DNA of 63,260 nt, counting the filler, from Rhabdomonas costata (Eukaryota): assembly GCA_019059605.1 (NCBI GenBank). It is 55 parts of 55 records of this genome, joined end to end, with 100 filler letters (N's around TTAATTAATTAA, not from the genome) between each part and the next. Parts side by side here need not be neighbours in the genome. Positions count along the whole stretch, not along the records: positions 38,019 to 39,070 come from JAHMHO010031272.1; positions 39,171 to 40,222 come from JAHMHO010031273.1; positions 40,323 to 41,374 come from JAHMHO010031274.1; positions 41,475 to 42,526 come from JAHMHO010031275.1; positions 42,627 to 43,678 come from JAHMHO010031276.1; positions 43,779 to 44,830 come from JAHMHO010031277.1; positions 44,931 to 45,982 come from JAHMHO010031278.1; positions 46,083 to 47,134 come from JAHMHO010031279.1; 47 more parts are not named here. The stretch is one strand, 5' to 3'. This document shows, in pieces, positions 38,774 to 50,870 of this stretch (positions are counted from its first letter, which is position 1; the number at the start of each line of letters is the position of its first letter). Below the pieces are notes generated by a model, which was given only the letters and a program-made list of their open reading frames with translations, did not search any database and was not told the origin of the DNA. The translations under genes were made by a program, and so were the position numbers.

Positions 38774-39348
38774 GTTCGCGTGCTCGCTTTGTCATCGATT
38801 ATAGAGCATTGGGTGACGTTGGCGTCTGTGCCGAGAATTTTTTCCAGGGTTTTTGCTCGTTTTTGGCGTGATTCTGGGCTCCCACACCAACACGGGCGTG
38901 AACGCGACCTGGGAGGCCTTTAACGACTCTTATAATGTCCAATGGGAAATGGGGAAAACGGGAAAACGTTAACCACTGGTAACAGTTCCCCCTCCCCCCA
39001 TCCCAACGTCAACTACAACAAGAATTCACCCGTTCACCCGGCCGTGGGTGTGAAATTCGATGACGTTTTCNNNNNNNNNNNNNNNNNNNNNNNNNNNNNN
39101 NNNNNNNNNNNNNNTTAATTAATTAANNNNNNNNNNNNNNNNNNNNNNNNNNNNNNNNNNNNNNNNNNNNTTCCGTAACAGGTCCTATGTCACTAAAATG
39201 GGGCATTTATCGTTTTCATTGCGCTCGACCCATCCCTCTTCGCATGGAAGCGTGACGAACTGGCTTAACGTGGCAGTTCTTTGCCGGCGATGACACGGTG
39301 GAGGCCAGCCTTCTTGCATCCTTCCCTCCTCCTCACCTTTGGGTGCAG

Positions 39349-39460
39349 GCTGATGGAAGAGTATGTCCCGAGCCACCCCTTCACGGTGCTTGACCTGGGG
39401 TGCGGGCGAGGCGGCGACCTCTTCAAGTGGTCTAAGACTGCCGCGTCCTACTACTGTGGG
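39349..39460 (+). CDS. RNMT: mRNA cap guanine-N7 methyltransferase exon
   Basis: LMEEYV..TVLDLGCGRGGDLFKW..YYCG matches the Abd1/RNMT motif VLDLGCGKGGDLxKW. Confidence 0.88.
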
Positions 39461-41189
39461 GTCTGTGGATGTGTGTCATGGATAGGTGTTGCTCGAGGCT
39501 CTCGTAAATACATGAGCCGAGTTTGGATTCTTTTTTCAGCGAGGGGGTGCAGGAAATTCGCGGTGTCAGGTTGTAAGTAGGCTAGAAAGCAATTCAGTGG
39601 GGCTTGTCAGTGCTTTGTTATTTGAACTATAGTAGCCTCATGCGTCATTGTGGGTTCTAGAAGGACCCTTCCACCACCAATTTCCAAGACTTACCCTCAA
39701 GTCATTTTTTGTGTCGTCGCCGCCGCACTCATCCGCGTTCTTGTAATTTTACTTCTTTTTTTCCATCAAATTTGGCCTAAAAACCACCGTTTTACTCCTA
39801 ACTTTGGCCCTTTTAGCTGGAAAAAGCCGATTTGGGCACTTTTGCGGTGGTTGGTGTGCAAAGCATGCGCGCCCCTCTTTCCCCCTGTAGTCAATGTTGT
39901 TTCACAATGGGGCACCCAGCCTACCATAATAGTCAAGGGGGATTCGAATTGGGGAATTATTGACCCTGAAAAGTGCATTTTATCGAGCATGGCCAGTAGC
40001 TTCCGATTAATTTCCGTATTGGAAACAGCTGCTTCTCTTTTTGACACTGCACTACACTATGAATGTGGCTCTCACCTGCAACTCGCTCGCAGCGCCCATC
40101 GCGCTGGTTATGCAGCGGGGGGAGCGGGGCAAGACCACGCAAGGACAACTTCCCTACAATCAACCGTGCACAAACAGCTCAGTCTTCTCAAAGAAGGCTT
40201 TTCTGCTTCGGCAACCAACCCANNNNNNNNNNNNNNNNNNNNNNNNNNNNNNNNNNNNNNNNNNNNTTAATTAATTAANNNNNNNNNNNNNNNNNNNNNN
40301 NNNNNNNNNNNNNNNNNNNNNNTGTGGTTGGTGTTCAAGCTCGTGCCCCAGGCGTGTGCCATGCTAGCCGAGCTTTGCGCTTCCTTCTGACGTGCTTGCT
40401 CCGCTCCTCAGATTTCCTGCAGGTGCACTCGGTGCGGAAAACTCTTTTGAAACTATTGTTACTGTGGTCCCCGCATTACTTCCACATCGGCAACTCCTGG
40501 GAAGGGAAGGGAAGCGATCAAATCAAACGCAAGACCCAGGGCGTCGCGCATCTCTGAAGCGAAGCGGCGGATATTGAAGGCGGGAATCGCGTCCGCCCTG
40601 AGGTTGGGAGTATTGTAGAGTCCTTTCATCCGGAGATTGTGAATTCGTCCCCCTAGAGGCCTGAAAAAACAGCAGCAGGAGCCTCCCACTCTCGTCGCTG
40701 TATGGTGTTGTCCTAGCGTTGAATCATTTAACAATCCACCAGTTGCAGAAAAAGCACTGATTCACGCCGTTTTGGACGTCACGATTCAACCAGAAATCAG
40801 ATAAAAACAGACCACACGTGATTGCACTTTGAATGAATTCTCGTCAAATGGTTCAAGACGAAATGCTAATTGCACAAATGGGGAAAGGATGAACCGACGA
40901 ATTTACCCGCTGAACTGTTTTCGAAGAAATTAATAGTGAAAAACTTCAGAACGAAAAAAACGATTCTTATCCTACAAAGCTGTCAAACAATGCAATACGT
41001 CAAACATTTTAAGCCACCTCCAGGCGTCTGAGTGACTTGATTGGCCCCCGCGACAAGTGTGGAAAGAGCAAAAACGTAATATGTTATACAAACACTAAAG
41101 TATACAGAAATTGAATCCCCACAACGCACCAAATAAGCACACGTCCCCAAAATTTAAGTTTTCAGCGAGCAGCAACAATGAAAGCGCAC

Positions 41190-41304
41190 CATAGGCCGAC
41201 GTTGAAGATCACCAGCCTCCCGGGGTGGTGGTTGGTGAGCAATCCGTGGAGCACTTTTCGGATGTCAATGGGTGCGAACGCCGAAAGGTACTCCATCTTC
41301 AGCC
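41190..41304 (-). CDS. Possible SGNH/PC-esterase-like exon
   Basis: Ends in LVIFNVGLW; AG/GT bounded; single short motif only. Confidence 0.3.
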
Positions 41305-42154
41305 CTAGTGAAAGCGGACAGGAGCATAAGCGGCAGCGTCCGGAATGCGACAATCACGTGAACCCCCCCCCCCCNNNNNNNNNNNNNNNNNNNNNNNNNN
41401 NNNNNNNNNNNNNNNNNNTTAATTAATTAANNNNNNNNNNNNNNNNNNNNNNNNNNNNNNNNNNNNNNNNNNNNTGTGTTGGTTCAGAGAATTGTGCCGA
41501 AGGCGTCAGTTGGAGAATTTCAGAAGAGTGTATATCAGTCAAACTAGAGAGGGCAGGAGACAGGCCGCTCCCGCCACACCAAAGAGGCCCACTTTGTCCA
41601 CAGTCAGGACGCCAGCCAGCGCAAGTGTTGTGCAGAGAGCTCCAGGCACATTCCCGCTAAGAATTTTGCAGAGACCACCAGAGCCTGTGCTCAGATCAAT
41701 CAGAGTTGATCATGTTGAGCAGCCCCGAAACCCCATCTCACGCAGAGTGACACAGGAGGCAGCCACAGAGGAGATTCAGAGTGCCACTCCAGAGACAAGC
41801 GTGGAGCAAGTTGAGAAGAATGGGGTGACGAAGGGGGCAGAGCCTCATACCAGTTTCCATAAGCCAGAAAGTGCACGAGCGGGCTTATTTATGGTGTTGA
41901 AGTCCGATGAAGAGCGGAGCGGTTCCGGACGGGTTCAGAAATCTCAGAGGAGTAATAAGGAAGAGCGGGAATCGTTACAGAGCAGACGAAAATTGCGGGA
42001 GATGTTGTGATAACAACGAATAACTATTGCTGAGTTAGCAGTTGTGAGCAACCATCCACTTTCAGAAGTTTCCAGAGAGGTCGAAAACCACCAAATGACG
42101 GTGTCGTGTGCAGAAGGAGAAATCTCCTTAAGAGCAAGTGGGGGACATTCGCCT

Positions 42155-42526
42155 AAGATTCGGCATTGAAACGAAGTCCATTGAAATGGATTCCCATTTC
42201 CTCACGGGCACCTCCAACACATGCGTATGGCCTCTTGGCAAACGGTGGTCCGCTTTGCATCTCTGACACACATCACAGGTACGCACATAAGCTCGCACCT
42301 TTCTCTTGATGTTCTTGAACGTGTAAGTGCGCTTGATCAGGGCGGCCGTCGTGGCCGATCCCAAATGCCATGCTGCGGGTGAATCGTGGTACCGCGAAAT
42401 CACCTCTAACTACATCTGGAAAGGCACCACAAACTTCCACAGTTCCCAACGTCTACCATGGTGCCACTTTGTGGGGTCCAACAACTCTGCAGTGGGCAAG
42501 TTGAAGTACCTCTTCAGCACTACTGG
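42155..42526 (-). mobile_element. Ty3/Gypsy LTR retrotransposon integrase fragment (HHCC zinc-binding domain and start of core)
   Basis: YHDSPAAWHLG..TYTFKNIKRKVRAYVRTCDVCQRCK..P..WESISMDFV; in-frame TAG upstream and abrupt truncation. Confidence 0.92.
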
Positions 42527-44997
42527 NNNNNNNNNNNNNNNNNNNNNNNNNNNNNNNNNNNNNNNNNNNNTTAATTAATTAANNNNNNNNNNNNNNNNNN
42601 NNNNNNNNNNNNNNNNNNNNNNNNNNACGTGTGCCGTTTGGCGTAGGTGGGTTCCGTATTTCACCCCTCCCCTGGGCCTCCGGGCCCGGAAAGGCCTCGG
42701 AAAAGAAGAAATCAAAGGCAAAAAAACGGTGACCACCAAAAGGGTGTACAGCGTACAACAGAGCACGAAGGCAATCAACAGCACAGCAAAGAATCAAAGA
42801 GGAGCAGCTTTGACACTGAAATTCCCGCGGCGGACCCCCTTCGCCCCAAGGGCCTTGACACTCCATACCTGAGGCACCTTGTGTCCAAATGACTTGTTGC
42901 GGCCATTTGCCTTCTGCTCCGCGGCGGCCCGGTCTTAGTTTACGGGTTACTGGCGGAGCAGCCGTACTGTTAGACGGTTACCGAGCCGGTTCGTGACACA
43001 GACTAAATGGCGGGAAACGGCCCGACGTCTAAGCGCATCGGGTTGTGAAGGCTTCTTCCGCTGAGATTTCCGTTATGCCCTGCGGTATCACGGACCTGCC
43101 CTTGAGAGGTCCTTATGATTGACGCTCCTGATTGGGGATCACTCCGATCACTTCACTTTGATAGTCCACGTTTCTCGTGCGCCGGCGTTCCGCGGGAACG
43201 GCATTCTGGACTTCAGCGGTGGTGGTGGTTGGGCCACGGCGTCTAGGGCTTCTGGTGGTGGTCGGGCTCCGGGTCCCATTTTACCTCCCAGCCAAAAGCA
43301 AATGCACCACAAAGGCAACAGCACAGCCGCACCCACACACTGTGCAGCACAGGGGTCCAGCACCACGGCAATTCTGCACACCACCCATTGTACTCCGGAG
43401 TCGCTCCTGCGCTCCGGAATAAAAAACTTCAAAAAGCACGCAAACCAAAAGGAATCAACGTACCCAACCTTTTTCAACTATTCCTCGAAATTACTATTCC
43501 CACAAATCAACTATTCCTCGAAAACGTGATCGAAACTTAACGAAAAACCACCGCGATTATCATATGCTTCAGCTCCTTTGTGTAAATCTCTGCTCCAGCT
43601 GGTAAAGAGTGGAGAATTCAAGCAAAATGCGACAATTTCGCAAGCCGAAATTACGAAGGAATTTAGCGCAAAACAAACNNNNNNNNNNNNNNNNNNNNNN
43701 NNNNNNNNNNNNNNNNNNNNNNTTAATTAATTAANNNNNNNNNNNNNNNNNNNNNNNNNNNNNNNNNNNNNNNNNNNNTTTGTTTTGATTATGCTTTTAC
43801 CACAGTTTTAATACTGGCCATTCTTTGGCTTGTCTCACAGAAAGGCTTTGGCTTCTCGGGGGGGGGGGAGTTGGTGTTAACAATTGGTTGGAAGTCCTCC
43901 GCGAAGTTACTCCTGCTTCCTGAACAATCCATTTTGGTGAGAAGGTCGTGAGCACGGATTTAAGCGAGGGTGTCGCCCGTGGCGGTGACCGCTGCTCCTT
44001 CCAACGTGTTGCGGATTTTCCGCAGTTCACCGCCCACCTGCTGACGTAACTCTACCGTCGTTGTTAGATTGTGTAACAGTTTTGAATCGTCTAACGACCT
44101 TAAATCATTTGCCCCCACCCCCCACCCCGACAAAAGATGAGCCAGGTCGTTAGGAGTGGGATCCAAGATTCGTCGTGCTGAATATCCTCCTGCCCATTAA
44201 CGCCCGCACCCCCAGCAGCCGAAGCAGGTGCATTGTATGTGCAGGGCATAGCCCTTCAATGTTTTTTATGTTGACGCAGCGTATGGGGCGGGCCCTTCTT
44301 GTGAATTGAAGTGTAGTACATACGGGTACTTTTCTTGGCCCCATTCTTCCTTCGTGTACCCGGTCCTCTTTTGGCCCATACCTATTCCACGTCCTCCCCA
44401 TCCACCCCTCCCGCACCCTTTTCACGTCTAAGGCGATTCTTCCCCAGCACACGCTGTTCTTTTGGACCTCTCCCTGCTTTCTGCCTGCCTTTTCACACTC
44501 CGTGCCCCATTACTGAACGTCGGACAGCCCGTCTTGCCTGATGTTTAGCCATTTTCAGGAAAGCAGCTGCTGCTGCTGCTGCTGGAGGTGGGTGGGTCTG
44601 ACCTCGGGTGGTGTATTGGCTGTTTGTCTGCTGATTATCGGTTGCGCTTGATGGTGTGCGTACGGATAACCAGGGGGAAGGCCAAGGAATACCCTTTATT
44701 CTGCTCACTATAATTATCAGTGAGCCGAGAAGGAGGCCTAAGGTTAGATGACTCCACGGTATGCTTCCCGTTTGGTTGTCTTCCCAACATACTGACCCCC
44801 CTTCCCCCCTCCCTCCTCTACCCACAAACANNNNNNNNNNNNNNNNNNNNNNNNNNNNNNNNNNNNNNNNNNNNTTAATTAATTAANNNNNNNNNNNNNN
44901 NNNNNNNNNNNNNNNNNNNNNNNNNNNNNNTCTTTTTTGTTGTGGATAATTATTTTTAAAATTCAATTCTATTACCAGAGTATAAAAAATAGTCTCA

Positions 44998-45355
44998 ATG
45001 ATAGAACATTGCGGAAATTGTGAAGCAACAATTCAAAAACATTGTATGGTATGCGATAAGGCAACATGTATGAAATGTGATTCATATTCAAAACATAACG
45101 GTCACAAATATTTTTTATACTGTGACGAATGTATGAAATTTCAATGTATAAAATGTAGTGGTTACGTGCTTGAGGTGCAAAAAATTATTTTGTGTAGGTT
45201 GTGATGATGGGGTGGTTGAAACGGAATATGACGGTGATTTTGCCTTTTGTCGGGAACATAGAAAGTTAAACGTAGATGATTTATATTCATACCTCGTAAA
45301 AACGTATAATGAAAAATTAATTCTTGAGGAAATAAGAAAGAAATTATTATTTTAA
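44998..45355 (+). CDS. Cys-rich (repeated CxxC) protein split by one frameshift near 45155-45165; virus-like contig
   Basis: CGNC, CMVC, CMKC, CDEC, CIKC in one frame continue as CLRC, CVGC, CREH in the next; AT-rich, intronless. Confidence 0.7.
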
Positions 45356-45367
45356 ACTATTTTATAA

Positions 45368-45550
45368 ATGAATCATCTTGCAACAAACTCAGATGCCATT
45401 GTTTTAGTGAAAAGAAGTAAAATAACTGAACTGTTCTATGAACTAATTCAATCACAAATATATCATTACAAGATCGAAACAAACACTGAAAAAAGAGAAA
45501 ACATAGAAAATAAAATACTAGACCTCATAGCACTTTTGGAGGAAGTATAA
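45368..45550 (+). CDS. Hypothetical 60-aa protein, virus-like contig
   Basis: ATG in ataaATG context, 12 nt after the previous stop; AT-rich codons; followed directly by a hairpin. Confidence 0.65.
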   Translation: MNHLATNSDAIVLVKRSKITELFYELIQSQIYHYKIETNTEKRENIENKILDLIALLEEV

Positions 45551-45585
45551 AATAATAATTGATGACAAACCATCAATTATTATTT
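45550..45585. terminator. Perfect 15-bp AT-rich hairpin between convergent genes (Mimiviridae-style 3'-end signal)
   Basis: AAATAATAATTGATG-acaaac-CATCAATTATTATTT starting at the stop codon of 45368-45550; function inferred. Confidence 0.7.
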
Positions 45586-45625
45586 AATCATGATTTATTC
45601 TGACCACAAATACAACATCATAAAA

Positions 45626-45844
45626 TCAGTAATAACTTTTTGATTTTCCACCTCTTACACGTCTTGGTATTACACTTTTTGATAGATTCTTTTTTATAAA
45701 ATTATTTGTTGTCATTACTGTTGTTGGATATTTGGCATCAATGAGTTTTGAGAGTTCCTTATTAAGTAATTTAGTTAATTCAGATAGTACAAAATGTGTA
45801 CTATTAGTTATGTTGTACATATCTTGTTTTGTCTTAACCTTCAT
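45626..45844 (-). CDS. Hypothetical 72-aa basic protein, virus-like contig
   Basis: MKVKTKQDMY...RRVRGGKSKSYY*, aaaATG start context, converges on the hairpin. Confidence 0.6.
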   Translation of the reverse strand: MKVKTKQDMYNITNSTHFVLSELTKLLNKELSKLIDAKYPTTVMTTNNFIKKNLSKSVIPRRVRGGKSKSYY

Positions 45845-45976
45845 TTTACATATATGTAAACTTTTATAACAATTGGAAATTTTTTCTATTATATATAACA
45901 GAAAAATTTTCCAATTGTTATAAAAGTTTACATACATGTAAAATGAAGGTTAAGACAAAACAAGATATGTACAACA
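45811..45976. repeat. Long AT-rich imperfect palindrome
   Basis: Arms 45811-45887 and 45900-45976; mismatches at 45852/45935, 45880/45907 and 45888/45899; almost no loop. Confidence 0.9.
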
Positions 45977-48900
45977 CAACCCNNNNNNNNNNNNNNNNNN
46001 NNNNNNNNNNNNNNNNNNNNNNNNNNTTAATTAATTAANNNNNNNNNNNNNNNNNNNNNNNNNNNNNNNNNNNNNNNNNNNNTATTTTTATTGCACAAAC
46101 ATGCACAAACGCAAACAAACAAACACACCTGTCCCTATGTCAATGAAGAAAACTGCACCGCTTCCCACATTCTCGCCAGCCAAATGTACCTTCAGAAAAC
46201 AGAGTTTCGACGACCCGCGCAGGGGCTTCACTCTGAGACAGGCACTTCTAGTGGAGTGGGAATGATGAATGTCCTTGCCTGCGTCGTCACGGCGTGAAGG
46301 ACTGTGTGGAACCTGTGGGGAGGTAGGGTTTGGTTCGAGAATTCGAGGAAAGCCACACCCGGGCCGCACCCGGTAGCGAAAGAGCAAAAAGGGGAACCGC
46401 CCGGGGGGCCCAATCCTTGACCGTCGCAAAGCCATAATCATCCCAAAACATCAGGAGAGATGTGCATTTTTTCCTGGACTGTGATGCGCCGCTGCAAGCA
46501 ACAGGAAAATAGTGAGGCTATGGTCGAAAACACCTCCTCCTTGGCGGCTTTTTCAGTCCTTTTGAACAGGAAAACACGGTTGTTTTGCACCCACTACACA
46601 CACCGCTGGGGGCGACATGAGCCGCGATTTTGAGCGGCGCTTGGGTTCTTCCGCCTCGGCAGGGCACTCAAACTTCACCTGAGCGAAAAAATATACAACA
46701 GGAATTTCACGACAGCACAACCAAGGTCCAGCAAGTATACGCACAGAGCACCTCCCAATACCTTCACATGATCGAGGACAACACCACGAGAGTAACTATC
46801 CGGTTCGGAGAGGCAACCAGTTTGACAGCAAATTGATAAGAGAGGCAAAACAACGCTGCAAACCCCTCGAGACATCCGCTTCTGCGGCGACGCCTTGGCG
46901 TCCACAGGGGCGAAGGTGAAACTCTGCTGCATCTGGTCACAGGGAGAGGGTGGCTCCGCGTCTAGCCCGCTCCAGGTCTGCGAGCGGGGGAAACTCGGGC
47001 TAGCCGTCCCACTCACAGGGGTCCGGACACCTGATCCCCCCCCTCCCCTTCCAAAACACGCAGACTTCCATGCACCTGAATCCTGAATCGATGAGATGCT
47101 TCTGAGCAGCGCGATAGCTTTTCTCCCAAAAACGNNNNNNNNNNNNNNNNNNNNNNNNNNNNNNNNNNNNNNNNNNNNTTAATTAATTAANNNNNNNNNN
47201 NNNNNNNNNNNNNNNNNNNNNNNNNNNNNNNNNNTTGTGAGGATGAGGTGAGTGTGATTTCTGTGTGTGTGTGTGTGTGTGTGTGAACGCGCTGAAGAAT
47301 ACAGGTGTGCAGAACAAGCAGCACAAGGACACGCCACAGCACACCGCTCCAAGGCGCCATGTGTGTGTGTGTGTGTGTTTGCTTGTATGTGCAGGTCCGC
47401 CGCGTCTCCTCTCCAGCCCCCACAGCCCACAGAGCTGCATTTCTCTCAGTCTCGGGCCTGGGTGAATTCTGGTCTGAGTGTTTGTTTATTTGTGCCTCCG
47501 GAAGTTCCGAAGTGGTGGTGGTCTCCCTTCTCTCTTCCGGGATACTGCGAGAGGAAATAGAGACCGCGTTGGCGGGTTCCTTACCCTGCTCGTTTACTTT
47601 GCGGATGCCGTTTGTTGAAGTGGTGCACGTCGTCGACATTTTTGGGTCTCCAATTGTTTCACGTATTGATAAGGTTCCTTTTCAAAAGCCTATCTTTGAA
47701 TAAGAGCTTCAAAGAACAGGTGAAGATGAAGCCGCAACGATTTATTCAGTTTATAATACCACTATTGAATCAGAGAAGCAAGAAACAACAAAAGCGAGAC
47801 CACTGGTCACTTCACCACCAGTCACTACATACAACGTACCATCGTCTAACCCCAGATACGAGAGTGCAGGCACCACAGTTCCGAACATTACCGAATATTT
47901 AGCCCAACCACGCCACATACAAAACAGAAACGCTGTTCTTGGCCTTCTTCGCCTTCTTCTACCTTTCTCATCTCTTCGGCCCAGGTCGTCTTGGGTCTAA
48001 AAGGGTTTGTAAATTTTATAATCCCCCCGAGCATGCGGAAGTGATAGTTTGGCAACACGACCAGTCTCGTGAGAGAAGCGGGCACCGACGCGAAAAATAC
48101 GACCGTTTCTGCTCCAAATGTCCAGCAACTTCTCCAAAAAGTGCTGTACAAAGAAGGCGCAGCTTATGCGGTACCACGACGTCCCGTGCTGGCTGTCCCT
48201 GAGAATGAGACGGACATTTCAGCCTCACTATTCCCACCAGCGGCGCCCGGGATTCTCCTCACCCAACCAGCTACCCCCCCCACCNNNNNNNNNNNNNNNN
48301 NNNNNNNNNNNNNNNNNNNNNNNNNNNNTTAATTAATTAANNNNNNNNNNNNNNNNNNNNNNNNNNNNNNNNNNNNNNNNNNNNATGCGTGTGTATGTGT
48401 AAAACCGTGTTAAACCGTGTTAAACCGCTCCTTGCGTGTGTATCTGTAATTTTCTTACCGATTGGTAGCCCGACTAGGAGATAGCTCGAAACGAACTTGA
48501 GTTTGATTTTTGTTGGGGAGAATGCCTCGGGTTGAGTAAACAGCGGCAGGGAACCGAAAAAGGGGACTTTGATGGTTTGTATATTCGGGGACAAAAAAGG
48601 CGCCATCGAACCATACTACCTTTTTTTTTTTTGGAGAAGCAGCAAAATCGAGCCCAACTTGTGCGGAGTGATGATACGAATGGTGTGATTGTGTGGAGTG
48701 ATATGAGCTTCAGAGCGGTGCCTTGTGAGCAGCACCCCAACTTTGTATGATCTACGGACAATAAGAAAGGAAACCCCCGGTATGGGTACTGACCCAAACC
48801 GTTGGATGACCCACACAGCATGTTTTCTCAGAACCTAACAACATTTCCTCGATTTTTGGGCAGGGACTCGACCGCCATGAAGCCGCCGAAATCCTCCTTG

Positions 48901-50458
48901 CTCGCCGCCGTGCGGACGAAGTGGAGACAGCTGACGCTGCGATTTTCCCACGCATAACATTGGTTTCTTCGCAATTGTATTTTTGTTTTTTTTTCAGCAC
49001 GCCCTCAAGGTTCGCGAGTTGCAGCCACAATACCAGTTGAATGCCCACTTTTTTCACATAACACAGGCACATTTTGTTGCTCCGTTTTGCGCGGCACAGT
49101 CACCGTGATTAGTTCTTTAACAGAAATCCATGACCGAAACCACCCTAAAACTTCGTTCATCTCTGCACTCGCGTCAATGTGGAAAAAGCTTCCTGCGGCA
49201 TTTGTTTTCTTCCTTGGGTCTCGGTTGTGGTCGGTTTCATTGCATTCTTTTTCTGTAGTAGAGTTGTTTGACACTCAATGTATTGAACGCGCCAACGCTC
49301 TCCCCCTCCCTGCCAAAGTCGCTAGTCTTCACCAACCGTGGTCAGGCCGCTTTTTGAGCGGCTGAAGGTCTCAGAACCGAGCGGCTGTCCGGACTCTGTG
49401 TGGACTGCTGCCCCCTCCCCTCCCCTCAGCACATAANNNNNNNNNNNNNNNNNNNNNNNNNNNNNNNNNNNNNNNNNNNNTTAATTAATTAANNNNNNNN
49501 NNNNNNNNNNNNNNNNNNNNNNNNNNNNNNNNNNNNGGTGTTGGGGTCAGGGTTTGGGGTTATCAAACGGGTTATCTAATGGGTGCTCCGCCAAGAATCA
49601 CGAAAGCAGAGAAAGCAGAGGTGGGAATCGGAATCCCCCGGAGGTTAGGCTTCTTTTGAAGTAGGAGCACAATCTGAGAAACAATGACCGACAGATCTTG
49701 TGCAGTGTTAGGTAATGGCATTGAGGACACCTAAAACTTGTTCTTCCAACAAATGAAGCATCGCTAAGGGCGTCGCACCTGGGCCAAGGGGTTCAGCGCG
49801 ATCCCAGGTAAACTTTCGTTACGAGTTCATCTGCGACCCCCCACCCCTGTTTTTTTTCGACCGAGCAGAACAAATTAGCAACGCTCCGCTCCCTGGGCCT
49901 CCAGACCCCATCCCTGTCAGGGGGATCAAAGGGCTTGGACAGATAACAAGGGAAGGCCTGCCTAAAAACCGCTCTAAACCACGTAAAAATGCGTTATTCA
50001 GCACCCCCGATCTCAAAGAGATAAACTTAGTTCTATTTCCGGTGTTTTCGCCCAACTCCATTTTTGGCTAATCTCGGCCCAACCTCACCAGTGTTACCAC
50101 CTTCGAGTCGTTGGTCGGGACCACCATTATGAGCACCTGGCAACCATTCAGCAGGAGAGGGGCAGGATGCGCACAGCAACCCCCCACCCCACCCCATTGT
50201 TATGGTTGAGGTTTTTTTGCCTCCGGCGGAATTTAGGATTCCCTCCCGCTGCCTGACCGCTTCTCGGAGTATGTATCAACCCTCCGCTGCTGGGCGGAAT
50301 TTCTTGAAGATCAGAGATGGAGATAGACAGAAACAGTTCGCCGACAAAGGCCATAGTCCTACTCACAGCGACGTCCCCGCCATTGGTAGCTTCAAACCAT
50401 CACCACGGCAAACTTTCCGCTGTGTCCGCGGACATGACACACACACACACACACACAC

Positions 50459-50588
50459 CGCGTCGCCGGTGAGCTGCTTGTTCACCTTCGTGCGGACGGT
50501 CTTCACGCGCTCTGCGAACCTCAGGGTGGACTTCGACTCCAGGTAGTTGATCGCGGCAGGGCTGACTGCGGCAATCATCACCACCCAC
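50459..50588 (-). CDS. Kinesin motor domain C-terminal exon
   Basis: MIAAVSPAAINYLESKSTLRFAERVKTV; donor GT runs into a (GT)n microsatellite. Confidence 0.92.
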
Positions 50589-50870
50589 NNNNNNNNNNNN
50601 NNNNNNNNNNNNNNNNNNNNNNNNNNNNNNNNTTAATTAATTAANNNNNNNNNNNNNNNNNNNNNNNNNNNNNNNNNNNNNNNNNNNNTGTGGTGGTTGC
50701 CGCCCAGCAAGGCTGTACATCCACTCCTAAGCAATGGGACCCCGCTTTCGCTTAGCGCTAATCGGGAGGGCACGGAAACCAGCCTTGCAGCAGAGGACAG
50801 CCTAGCTACCCTCTAAGCCACTAAGCTAAGCACTAAGCCACGGCATCACGGTGACTCGGAGAGACGGAAC

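Noticed and set aside
42860-42900. CCATACCTG as the 5' end of a variant U1 snRNA
   Set aside because: No U1-70K loop, U1A loop or Sm site at the expected positions; equally explained as a minus-strand splice donor.
47262-47377. (GT)n/(CA)n tracts (also 28531-28572 and 50437-50458) and the VCVC/THTH ORFs they create
   Set aside because: Ordinary microsatellites, apparently intronic; the ORFs are spurious.
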